Made by a program: the position numbers and the translations under genes. From the NCBI GenBank assembly GCA_964517765.1, contig CAZFEN010000005.1, positions 5,430-69,429 of the forward strand: 64,000 nt of DNA, written 5' to 3'. Below the pieces are notes generated by a model. The model was not told where the DNA came from. It did no database searches and saw only the letters and a list, made by a program, of their open reading frames with translations. The DNA is from an uncultured Actinomycetota bacterium. Lineage in GTDB: Bacteria; Actinomycetota; Humimicrobiia; Humimicrobiales; Humimicrobiaceae. This document shows positions 1-8,668 of this stretch, one piece after another (the first letter of the stretch is position 1; every line of letters starts with the position of its first letter).

Positions 1-1490
1 AAGTCTTTATATAATGATTTATAAATCGCGTATAACTTCTTATATTTTTCGACATTTTCGGCTGCAGGATTATTTTCTTTATCTTCACTTAATATTTTTT
101 CAATACCTTCTTTTATGCTGGCATATATCCCGCATCCTGCGCCTGCGATGATAGCAGCTCCGAAAGCAGCACCTTCTTCAATATTTAAAGTAACTACTTT
201 TGAATTAAAAACATCTGCTATAATCTGTCTCCAGGTATCGCTTTTTGCGCCGCCGCCAAATAGGATTATCTTATCCGAATCAATATTGAGATCTCTCATC
301 AAAGTGAGGCAATCAAGCTGGCTGAATGCTACTCCTTCCATAATCGATCTTACAAAGTGATCCGGACCGTGCAGGTAAGAAATACCAAAAAATACGCCTC
401 TTGCATCCGGATCCGTATATGGTGTTCTCTCACCTGATAGATACGGTAAAAATATAAGTCCATCAGATCCTGCCGGAACTTGTTCTGCCTGTTTATCCAG
501 TAAATTATATCCTTTTATATCAGGAAAATTTTTTATTATTTTTCCGGATGGACCAAACTCATCAAAATACCATCTGAGTGATCCGGCAGCAGAAAGCGTT
601 ACTCCCGTGAGGTGCCACTTACCGGGAACTGCGTGACAAAAGGAATGAACCCTGCCCTGAGGGTCATATAAGGGTTTATCCATATGTGCAAATACTACAC
701 CCGAAGTTCCTATTGAATCTGAAATAAGCCCACTTTTTATAATACCGCTGCCAACTGCTCCGGCAGCATTATCACTGCCGCCTCCTACTATAGGTGTACC
801 TTCAATTAGACCTGTAAGGTTGGAAGCTTCTTCACTTACTTTTGAAGTTATTATATCGGATTCAAATACTTCCGGAAGCAGGGACTTTTCTATATTCAGT
901 CCGTTTAAAATTTCATTTGACCAATTTCTGGAAGGTATATTCATAAGAATTGTACCGGAAGCATCCGAAACTTCAGTTGCATACGTGTTTGATAACCTGT
1001 ATCTTATATAGTCCTTCGGGAGAAGTATTTTTGATACTTTTTTATAATTTTCAGGTTCATTTTCTTTTAACCATAGTATTTTAGGTGCAGTAAATCCGGG
1101 AAGAGCCCTATTATATGATAGTTTTATAAAACCATCATAGCCAAATATTTTATATATAGTTTCGCATTGTTTGAAAGTTCTTTGGTCACACCAGAGTATA
1201 GCGGGTCTGATTACATTTCCATTTTTATCTAAAAAAATACTTCCGTGCATCTGTCCCGATAGACCAATACCGGCAATATTTTTTGGAGAAACATTGGATT
1301 TTTTTATAACATCTTTTATAGTATTTATTGAAGCAATCCACCAGTCATTTGGAATCTGCTCAGCCCAGCCAGGTTTTGGAGTTATTAGTTTATAATCACT
1401 TGTACTTGAAGCTATTAGTTTACTGTTTTCATCTATTAACACAGCTCTGGTTGAACTTGTTCCTATATCGATGCCTAAAAGATATCTCAT
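1..1490 (-). CDS. xylB: Xylulokinase (FGGY carbohydrate kinase), 3'-truncated at window edge; N-terminus at 1490
   Basis: Reverse-strand translation from 1490 gives MRYLLGIDIGTSSTRAVLIDENSKLIASSTSDYKL... with FGGY motifs (GIDIGTSS, later GGGA/GAAFGAA region). Open frame runs off the window start, so it is absent from the ORF track. Confidence 0.8.
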   Translation of the reverse strand, partial: MRYLLGIDIGTSSTRAVLIDENSKLIASSTSDYKLITPKPGWAEQIPNDWWIASINTIKDVIKKSNVSPKNIAGIGLSGQMHGSIFLDKNGNVIRPAILWCDQRTFKQCETIYKIFGYDGFIKLSYNRALPGFTAPKILWLKENEPENYKKVSKILLPKDYIRYRLSNTYATEVSDASGTILMNIPSRNWSNEILNGLNIEKSLLPEVFESDIITSKVSEEASNLTGLIEGTPIVGGGSDNAAGAVGSGIIKSGLISDSIGTSGVVFAHMDKPLYDPQGRVHSFCHAVPGKWHLTGVTLSAAGSLRWYFDEFGPSGKIIKNFPDIKGYNLLDKQAEQVPAGSDGLIFLPYLSGERTPYTDPDARGVFFGISYLHGPDHFVRSIMEGVAFSQLDCLTLMRDLNIDSDKIILFGGGAKSDTWRQIIADVFNSKVVTLNIEEGAAFGAAIIAGAGCGIYASIKEGIEKILSEDKENNPAAENVEKYKKLYAIYKSLYKD

Positions 1491-1516
1491 AATTTTTGAT
1501 ATACCTACTCTTTATA

Positions 1517-2626
1517 TTATTTCATTCTTTTTGCTAATATTAATTCGATATCACCCCGGTGATTTTCCGGATCATAGTATGCTTCCATTATTTCTTCGTT
1601 GGGTAAATTATTGATTCTTTCATTCATAATGTTCATTACCATAGAATTTATTTCAATAGCTTTCTGGACAGGCATTCTTTCCGGATTGATATCCATGCCA
1701 AAATATTCATTGTACCCTGACATTTTTAATGAAAAAAGCGAAGCTTCAGCCTGCTGCCATTCAATAACTCCAACATTTAAATCCTGGTCATAATTACCCA
1801 TAGGCTGGCTGTTCCAGTGAGTATGGAATAGTCTGCTGTCTCTTGTAATTCTGCTGAAAGCATAAGGAGCATCTTCAAATCCCATTCTGATATGTCCTAT
1901 CTCAGGCTGCATTCCCAATAACTTATAACCTTTGTCGATAAGATCCCTATTAATTTTGGATTTTAATCTTGATTCAATATCCCGGCAAGCCAGTAGTCCA
2001 TCAACGGTTGTCCTATAAACATTGTTTGGAGCAGGTTCATATGGTTTTGGTTCTATGGCTACCGGTACTCCCGGTACTTCATCCATAGCATAAGCTACTG
2101 CGTCTTCAAATCTATCCCACATATCATAATAATTCGTACCCAGAGAGTAAAGATATCCATCAGATCCCGGCCATATACCGGCATGGTGCAAACCATTGTT
2201 TTTTACAAACTTCAAACAATTTATCAGAGTTTCTATTGCTTTGTCTCTATATTTATCAATAGGATTTGATAATGAACCAAATTCATATTCTTTAGGATAA
2301 AATATTGAAGGATAACAGGAAAGCAACTTAATTCCGGTCTCCTGTTCGAGTTTTTTATAAAGGTGATAATTATCTTCATTTGCTTCTGCAGGGTAATGAG
2401 CCTCTATGGCTTTAATTCCGTATTTTGCCATTTCTTTTGCCATTTCCAATCTCTGTGGAATATCTTTATTAAGTACAAATGCTTCATGAAATCTTCCACC
2501 GCCCGGCGTAAAATACCATATACCTATAGAGATTTTAGGATCAAGGTCATATGTGTTTAGATGTTTTATTAGTTCTTCTTTAGATCTTCTTTTTTCCTGA
2601 TAACGAGTGTTTATAATGTTTTCCAT
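1517..2626 (-). CDS. xylA: Xylose isomerase-family TIM-barrel protein (divergent, 369 aa)
   Basis: IEPKPYEP matches the XylA FEPKP(K/N)EP motif. EIGHIRMGFED and NSQPMGNYDQDL are positional analogues of the EANHATLAGH and DANTGD..WDTDQF metal-site motifs. Sits between xylB and xylFGH. Confidence 0.65.
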   Translation of the reverse strand: MENIINTRYQEKRRSKEELIKHLNTYDLDPKISIGIWYFTPGGGRFHEAFVLNKDIPQRLEMAKEMAKYGIKAIEAHYPAEANEDNYHLYKKLEQETGIKLLSCYPSIFYPKEYEFGSLSNPIDKYRDKAIETLINCLKFVKNNGLHHAGIWPGSDGYLYSLGTNYYDMWDRFEDAVAYAMDEVPGVPVAIEPKPYEPAPNNVYRTTVDGLLACRDIESRLKSKINRDLIDKGYKLLGMQPEIGHIRMGFEDAPYAFSRITRDSRLFHTHWNSQPMGNYDQDLNVGVIEWQQAEASLFSLKMSGYNEYFGMDINPERMPVQKAIEINSMVMNIMNERINNLPNEEIMEAYYDPENHRGDIELILAKRMK

Positions 2627-2739
2627 TGGACCTTTCTATTGTTAGAATTATGTTATAAAATTGATTATAAATATACTTTTCTTATAAGGATTATTTTTAA
2701 CCACAATGGTTTTTATAGATTATAGTATGAGAAATAAAA

Positions 2740-2810
2740 TGGTTAGTCAAGTAAATTATATAAATATGTTAAATAAATGCCTTGACTAACCAGCATTTTA
2801 CTTTTATAAT
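2740..2810. promoter_or_regulatory. Divergent promoter region. 12-bp perfect inverted repeat TGGTTAGTCAAG (2740-2751) / CTTGACTAACCA (2781-2792), each arm carrying a TTGACT -35. Plus-strand TTGACT(2782-2787)-17-TATAAT(2805-2810); minus-strand TTGACT-17-TACTAT
   Basis: Read directly from the sequence. Consensus sigma70-like hexamers with 17-nt spacers; the arms are exact reverse complements. Confidence 0.5.
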
Positions 2811-3036
2811 AACTCAAATCAGTAACTATTATAAATCAGTAACTATAATAAAATTATTATAAAATTATTATATTATAAAATCCATATAAAAATTAATCTC
2901 AAGCAATAAATTAGCAAGTAGTTCAAATATCTTAAATCCTGGGGATAAATCGATAATGAAGGAAACAGTATTTTACATACTTTTAAAAATATTCCAAATA
3001 AATTTCAATATCAATATTAATATATGTAAAAATAAA

Positions 3037-3139
3037 GGGAGGAGATGTCTATGAAAAAAAGGGGTTTGCCTATCTAATATTAAACAAATCCCGGATTATA
3101 TTTTATCAAAAAAAGTTTATTTAAAAGGAGATGAAAAAG
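3037..3139 (+). promoter_or_regulatory. Conserved 5' leader, copy A of two: SD GGGAGGAG, 8-codon uORF ATGAAAAAAAGGGGTTTGCCTATCTAA (3051-3077), core TTAAACAAATCCCGGATTA (3080-3098), TTTATCAAAAAA, then SD AAAAGGAG
   Basis: About 75% identical to 8548-8668, which lies upstream of the second SBP gene. Alignment done by eye. Confidence 0.45.
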
Positions 3140-4225
3140 GTGAAAAAAATATTATTGTTTGTTCTAGTTATAGCTTTGATGACTTCAATGCTATTAATTG
3201 GAATTTCTTGTAAAGAAAAAGCAGCTGAGAAGGGAGAGCTTATTGGTGTGACTATGCCTACAAAATCCCTGCAGCGTTGGAATCAAGATGGTGATAACAT
3301 GAAGAAGCAGCTTGAAGCAAAGGGTTATACAGTAGACCTTCAGTATGCTGAAAATGATGTAAATGCCCAGCTCAGCCAGCTCGAAAATCAGATCACAATG
3401 GGTTGTAAAGTTCTGGTAATTGCTTCCATAGATGGTTCTGCTCTCTCAGAAGTGCTAAAGAAAGCCGTAGATGCAGGAATACAGTCCATTGCTTATGACA
3501 GACTTATCATGGAAACGCCTGATGTTGATTATTACACTTCATTCGATAACTTTAAGGTAGGCGCATTACAGGGAACATATATTGAAGAAGCTCTTGGTCT
3601 GGCAGATGGAGCTGGTCCGTTTAACATCGAACTTTTTGCAGGTTCTCCCGATGATAATAATGCTACATTATTCAATAATGGAGCAATGAGTATCATACAG
3701 CAATACATTGACAGCGGACAGCTGGTAGTAGTAAGTGGTCAGACTGATTTTCTGACAATAGCTACACCTGCATGGAAATCTGAAACCGCTCAGGCAAGAA
3801 TGGATAACCTTATCACAGCAAACTATGCAGGCGATACAAAGCTTGATGTTGTTCTTTGTCCGAATGACAGTACTGCAATAGGTGTTATAGCAGCACTTGA
3901 TAACGTTGGTTACGGAAGCGCAGATAAACCATATCCAGTAATAACCGGACAGGACTGTGACATAGCAAACGTACTTGCAATGATTGATGGTAAGCAATCG
4001 ATGTCAGTGTTTAAAGACACGCGTACGCTGGCTGCACAGGCAGTAGATATGGTAGATGCTATTATGAAGGGCGAGGAAGTCCCGGTAAACGATACAAGCA
4101 CATATGACAACGGTGTTAAGATAGTTCCTTCATTCCTGTGCGTGCCCGTATTTGCAAATGCAGATAATTACAAAGAGATTCTGATTGATAGCGGATATTA
4201 TACAGAAGATCAGCTTACGAAGTAA
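3140..4225 (+). CDS. xylF: D-xylose ABC transporter substrate-binding lipoprotein (ChvE/XylF family)
   Basis: Lipobox LLIGISC. Periplasmic sugar-binding fold similar to XylF/ChvE. The ORF-track ATG at 3131 abuts the SD AAGGAG with no spacer, so GTG 3140 (9-nt spacer, MKKILLF...) is the more plausible start. Confidence 0.85.
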   Translation: MKKILLFVLVIALMTSMLLIGISCKEKAAEKGELIGVTMPTKSLQRWNQDGDNMKKQLEAKGYTVDLQYAENDVNAQLSQLENQITMGCKVLVIASIDGSALSEVLKKAVDAGIQSIAYDRLIMETPDVDYYTSFDNFKVGALQGTYIEEALGLADGAGPFNIELFAGSPDDNNATLFNNGAMSIIQQYIDSGQLVVVSGQTDFLTIATPAWKSETAQARMDNLITANYAGDTKLDVVLCPNDSTAIGVIAALDNVGYGSADKPYPVITGQDCDIANVLAMIDGKQSMSVFKDTRTLAAQAVDMVDAIMKGEEVPVNDTSTYDNGVKIVPSFLCVPVFANADNYKEILIDSGYYTEDQLTK

Positions 4226-4262
4226 TTAATGGACAAAAAAGAGTAAGCTATTTCTTGTAAAG

Positions 4263-4303
4263 ACTGCAGGTCGAATATTTAAAAAGAGTATTCGACCTGC
4301 AGT
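4263..4303 (+). terminator. Intercistronic stem-loop: perfect 15-bp inverted repeat ACTGCAGGTCGAATA / TATTCGACCTGCAGT with 11-nt loop, between xylF and xylG
   Basis: Seen in sequence; followed by TTTAAAAAAA rather than a long T-run, so it is more likely an mRNA-stabilising or partial terminator than a full one. Confidence 0.5.
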
Positions 4304-4335
4304 TTAAAAAAACAATAAACAGGAGATCTTATTAA

Positions 4336-5877
4336 ATGCAATCAACGATTCTTGAGATGAAAAATATAACAAAGATTTTCCCTGGCGTTAAAGCGCTGGA
4401 TAATGTGAACATGGATGTAGTTGAAGGGGAAATCCATGCTCTTGTAGGTGAAAACGGTGCAGGAAAATCTACGCTCATGAATGTTCTTTCCGGAATACAT
4501 CCTTACGGTACTTATACAGGGAATATTATATATTACGGCAAGGAGTGTCATTTTAAAACTATAAGAGACAGCGAGCATGTTGGAATTGTTATTATTCATC
4601 AGGAATTGGAAATGGTGCCGTATCTATCTATTGCTGAAAATATATTTCTGGGCAATGAACGGGCAAAGAATAAAATAATAGATTGGGATAGAACTCATTA
4701 TGAGGCAAACCAGCTTTTAAAACGTGTGGGGCTGAATGAAGATACGCAGAAACCAGTAAAGGATATTGGTGTCGGAAAGCAGCAGCTCGTTGAAATAGCA
4801 AAGGTACTTTCGAAAAAAGTCAAATTATTAATACTTGATGAACCAACTGCAGCGCTGACTGATGAAGAATCCGAAAAACTTCTAAAACTATTACTTCAGT
4901 TCAAAGCAGAAGGCATAACATCAATAATGATTTCACATAAGATACATGAAGTCTCCAAAATTGCAGACCGGATAACTATCTTACGCGATGGGGGCACTAT
5001 AGAAACCCTAACAAAAGATATAGATGATATTGGAGAGGACAGGATAATAAAAGGAATGGTTGGCCGTCCGTTGACAGATAGATTCCCTAAACGTGTATCA
5101 AATATAGGAGAGGTAACTTTAGAGGTTAAAAACTGGAATGTCTATGATCCTATGGTCGAAGGCAGGCAGGTAATAAAAAATGCAAGCATAAATGTTCGTA
5201 AAGGTGAAGTTGTTGGTATTGCCGGTCTGATGGGTGCCGGGAGGACTGAATTTGTAATGAGTATTTTTGGAAAGGCATATGGCAGAAATATCTCCGGTCA
5301 AATAGTTTTAAACGGAAAAGAAATAAATCTTAAAAATATAAGAGCAGCTATAGATAACGGGATTGCATATTGTACGGAGGATAGAAAATCTGCGGGACTG
5401 GTGCTGATCAGTGACATAAAAACAAACCTGACACTTGCCGGACTTAAAAAAATCAGTAAAAAAACAGTTATTGATCAAAACAAAGAAATAAGAATGGCAG
5501 AAGAATATGTTAAGAAACTTAAAATTAAAACTTCTGGTTTAATGCAAAAAGCCGCTAATCTATCCGGTGGAAATCAGCAAAAACTTATACTTTCAAAATG
5601 GACATTTGTTGAACCTGAAATTCTGATACTGGACGAACCAACAAGAGGAATTGATGTTGGCGCAAAATATGAAATATACTTAATTATAAATGAACTGGTT
5701 TCTGAAGGTAAATCAGTGATTTTCATTTCTTCGGAGCTTCCTGAAATTATTGGTATGAGTGACCGTGTATTTGTCATGAATATGGGTCGCATAGTCGGCG
5801 AGCTTGAAGACAATGAAGCTACCCAGGAATCAATAATGAAATGTATAATGAAGAGTCAGAGTAAGGGAGTGCAATAA
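4336..5877 (+). CDS. xylG: Sugar ABC transporter ATP-binding protein with duplicated ATPase domains
   Basis: Two Walker A/signature sets (GENGAGKST; LSGGNQQK), 513 aa, MglA/XylG/RbsA architecture. Confidence 0.9.
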   Translation: MQSTILEMKNITKIFPGVKALDNVNMDVVEGEIHALVGENGAGKSTLMNVLSGIHPYGTYTGNIIYYGKECHFKTIRDSEHVGIVIIHQELEMVPYLSIAENIFLGNERAKNKIIDWDRTHYEANQLLKRVGLNEDTQKPVKDIGVGKQQLVEIAKVLSKKVKLLILDEPTAALTDEESEKLLKLLLQFKAEGITSIMISHKIHEVSKIADRITILRDGGTIETLTKDIDDIGEDRIIKGMVGRPLTDRFPKRVSNIGEVTLEVKNWNVYDPMVEGRQVIKNASINVRKGEVVGIAGLMGAGRTEFVMSIFGKAYGRNISGQIVLNGKEINLKNIRAAIDNGIAYCTEDRKSAGLVLISDIKTNLTLAGLKKISKKTVIDQNKEIRMAEEYVKKLKIKTSGLMQKAANLSGGNQQKLILSKWTFVEPEILILDEPTRGIDVGAKYEIYLIINELVSEGKSVIFISSELPEIIGMSDRVFVMNMGRIVGELEDNEATQESIMKCIMKSQSKGVQ

Positions 5878-5878
5878 T

Positions 5879-7060
5879 ATGGCAAAATCTAAAATTGGCG
5901 ATCTTTTTAAAAATAATATACGTCAGTATGCTATGATTATAGCACTTCTGGCAATTATTATTCTGTTCCAGATATTAACAAAAGGCATACTTCTATATCC
6001 GCAGAATGTAGCCAATCTCATACTGCAGAATGGTTATGTAATAATACTTGCCATCGGCATGATGTTATGTATACTTACGGGCGGAAATATTGACCTTTCG
6101 GTCGGTTCAATAGTTGCTTTTACCGGTGCAATAGCAGGATCATTAATAATCGGGATGAAAATGGATGTATGGCTGGCTGTATTAATTACCATTGTTGCCG
6201 GTTTTATTATTGGCGCATGGCAGGGATACTGGATTGCATATATCAGGGTACCCCCATTTATTGCCACACTTGCAGGCATGCTTATATTCAGAGGACTTAC
6301 AAACGCCATACTAAGGGGTCTTACCCTTGCTCCGTTTCCGGATAGCTACCTTGTTTTAACTGCTGGTTTTGTAAATGATATATTTAATTTTCCTGATTTA
6401 AAACTCAATATTACGTCCCTTGTGGCGGGTGTAATAATTATAATTGCTTATATTTTCTTTTCAATTAAAGGTCGTATAAATAAGAGGAAGTATAATTTTG
6501 AAGTTACTTCACTACCTTTATTTATACTTCAGGTTCTTATAATCTCTTCCGTTATTATGGTATTTTTCTACTGGCTGGCCCGTTACAAAGGTATGCCGAC
6601 TGTCCTGGTTCTAATTGGTATACTTATTATTGCATATACATTCGTAACACAGAATACGGTATTTGGAAGATATATATATGCAATGGGTGGGAACCAAACA
6701 GCAGCACGTCTTTCGGGTATCGATACTAAAAAAGTCTTATTTTGGGTGTATTTGAATATGGGCGTACTGGCTACAATAACAGGTATTGTATTTTCCGCAC
6801 GTCTTAATGCTGCTTCCCCGGTTGCAGGACAAAATATGGAACTGGACGCCATTGGTGCATGTTTTATAGGCGGCGCCTCTGCTTCAGGAGGAGTGGGTAC
6901 TATTATTGGAGCTTTGGTAGGTGCCCTGGTTATGGGTGTATTAAACAATGGAATGTCTATAATCGGAGTGGGTATTGAATGGCAGGCGGTCATTAAAGGA
7001 ATGGTATTACTCGCAGCAGTTGGATTTGATGTGTTCTCAAAATCCAGGTCCAGAGCTTAA
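5879..7060 (+). CDS. xylH: Sugar ABC transporter permease (XylH/RbsC/AraH family)
   Basis: Polytopic membrane protein; family-typical GGxxDLSVGS motif. Starts 2 nt after the xylG stop. Confidence 0.9.
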   Translation: MAKSKIGDLFKNNIRQYAMIIALLAIIILFQILTKGILLYPQNVANLILQNGYVIILAIGMMLCILTGGNIDLSVGSIVAFTGAIAGSLIIGMKMDVWLAVLITIVAGFIIGAWQGYWIAYIRVPPFIATLAGMLIFRGLTNAILRGLTLAPFPDSYLVLTAGFVNDIFNFPDLKLNITSLVAGVIIIIAYIFFSIKGRINKRKYNFEVTSLPLFILQVLIISSVIMVFFYWLARYKGMPTVLVLIGILIIAYTFVTQNTVFGRYIYAMGGNQTAARLSGIDTKKVLFWVYLNMGVLATITGIVFSARLNAASPVAGQNMELDAIGACFIGGASASGGVGTIIGALVGALVMGVLNNGMSIIGVGIEWQAVIKGMVLLAAVGFDVFSKSRSRA

Positions 7061-7205
7061 TTTTATACAGGTAAAAATTGCTAGGATCTCTTATATCTTT
7101 TATCAGAAAAAAATAGATTTTTAACCTTGAAATTACGTGTTTTCTCTAAAGGCCTGGTTTTTTAAATATATATGATTAAATAGACAAATAAGTTATGTAA
7201 TTGGC

Positions 7206-7234
7206 TTGACTAAACGATTTTTTAATCTTATAAT
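7206..7234 (+). promoter_or_regulatory. Consensus sigma70-like promoter TTGACT-17-TATAAT upstream of the ROK regulator gene
   Basis: TTGACT 7206-7211, TATAAT 7229-7234. The -35 context CTTGACTAAAC closely matches the CTTGACTAACC arm of the xylA/xylF palindrome. Confidence 0.5.
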
Positions 7235-7302
7235 GAAAATTCAAGTTAATTAGTATAAAAAAATAATTTACTCGAACAAAACTTTTTAAAAACTTCTATC
7301 TT

Positions 7303-8517
7303 ATGATTTCTATAAAGAAACAACAAACTCTTAAACAGGCAAACAGGAAAGCAATATTAAATGTTCTTCGCAATTCCGGAGAAATATCGGTAGCTGATCT
7401 TTCCAAGAAGGTCAATTTAAGCAAGCAGACACTGATGAAAATAATGAATTATTATACCAGAAATGGAATGGTTATTATTACAGGGAAGGGAAATTCTACA
7501 GAAGAGGGTGGTAAGAAACCCAATATTTATAAGTTCAATACAGACGGTGGTTACGCAATTGGCATGGCTATATCGGCAAATAAATTATTTTCTATAATTA
7601 CTGATTTGAAAAGTAAAATTCTGGATGAAATTTCAGTAGTTCTGGAAGCTGATGAAGAGTTTGACAGTATTCTACAGAAAATAATTGATTCATATAATTA
7701 TCTTACAAAAAATCCGGAAATTAAAAAAGAGAGAATTATCGGTCTGGCAATTGGGGCCTACGGTATAACTGATTTCACTCAAGGGAAAGTTATTTTTTCA
7801 CCACATTTTCCATCATGGGGTAAAGATTTAATGCTGAAAGAAAAAATAATGGAACGAATACCAGAGAATATTCCGGTAATGGTTGATAATCATTCAAGGT
7901 TCCAGGTTTTTGCTGAAAAAATTTTAGGTCTGGCTAAAGATAAAAACAATGTTGTTGCCTTACAGGCAGGAAAAGGGCTGGTAGCAGGAGTGATAATAGA
8001 AAATGAAATCAAAAGGGGTAATCATTTTTTAATTGGGGAAATAGGGCACATGATAATAGATCACGAAGGAAGAGAAATATGTTCTTGTGGAGGTAAGGGC
8101 TGTTTTGAAGCAATGGTGTCAACCCGTAGAATATTAAGAATGGCTAAAGAAAAGTATAAAGAATATCCTGATTCCATAATTTTTAATAATAATGGTCCTG
8201 ATGGCATAGATATCTATGATGTATTTGATGCATCAAATAAAGGGGATACACTTGCACTGTATCTTATGAATGACATAATTAACTGGTTTGGAATTGGGAT
8301 ATCTAATATTATTCTTATGTATGATCCGCAGGTTATGATTATTCAGGGCATCTTTACAAAAGCAGGGAAATATTTTATTGAAAATTTAAGAAAAAAGATT
8401 AATAAAATTTCCTTATTTTCCATAAAAAGAGAAACTGAAATTAAATATTCCGAGCTTGAGGATAAAGCAGGTGTGCTGGGAGCAGCATCTTTTGTTCTTT
8501 CCAGATATTTTGAATAG
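7303..8517 (+). CDS. xylR: ROK-family transcriptional regulator (XylR-like repressor)
   Basis: N-terminal wHTH (ISVADLSKKVNLSKQTLMKIMN) plus a ROK sugar-kinase-like domain with the zinc motif CSCGGKGCFEAM. Confidence 0.8.
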   Translation: MISIKKQQTLKQANRKAILNVLRNSGEISVADLSKKVNLSKQTLMKIMNYYTRNGMVIITGKGNSTEEGGKKPNIYKFNTDGGYAIGMAISANKLFSIITDLKSKILDEISVVLEADEEFDSILQKIIDSYNYLTKNPEIKKERIIGLAIGAYGITDFTQGKVIFSPHFPSWGKDLMLKEKIMERIPENIPVMVDNHSRFQVFAEKILGLAKDKNNVVALQAGKGLVAGVIIENEIKRGNHFLIGEIGHMIIDHEGREICSCGGKGCFEAMVSTRRILRMAKEKYKEYPDSIIFNNNGPDGIDIYDVFDASNKGDTLALYLMNDIINWFGIGISNIILMYDPQVMIIQGIFTKAGKYFIENLRKKINKISLFSIKRETEIKYSELEDKAGVLGAASFVLSRYFE

Positions 8518-8547
8518 ATTTCAAATTTAATATAAATTATCAAAAGA

Positions 8548-8668
8548 GAAGGGGGGTACTTATGAAAAAACATGGGATTTGCCTAAAGCCCTTTACAGGC
8601 TTAATCTTAAACAAATCCCGGATTAATTTTTATCAAAAAAGAAATTTTGTTAAAAGGAGATGAGACAA
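8548..8668 (+). promoter_or_regulatory. Conserved 5' leader, copy B: ATGAAAAAACATGGGATTTGCCTA..., core TTAAACAAATCCCGGATTA (8607-8625), TTTATCAAAAAA, SD AAAAGGAG. The uORF 8562-8663 (33 codons) ends in a TGA overlapping the SBP start region
   Basis: Paralogous to 3037-3139. Confidence 0.45.

Noticed and set aside
2810-2880. AT-rich direct repeats (ATCAGTAACTAT x2, AAATTATTATA x2) as a possible CRISPR or iteron array
   Set aside because: Only two short, imperfect copies in very AT-rich intergenic DNA, with no spacer-repeat periodicity. No cas genes anywhere in the window.
3668-3997. 109-aa minus-strand ORF inside xylF (similar antisense ORFs at 4342-4599, 6034-6309, 6583-6993, 12492-12839, 52892-53431, etc.)
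   Set aside because: Entirely nested antisense to strong homology-supported genes, with Cys/Ile/Tyr-rich nonsense composition typical of AT-rich antisense frames.
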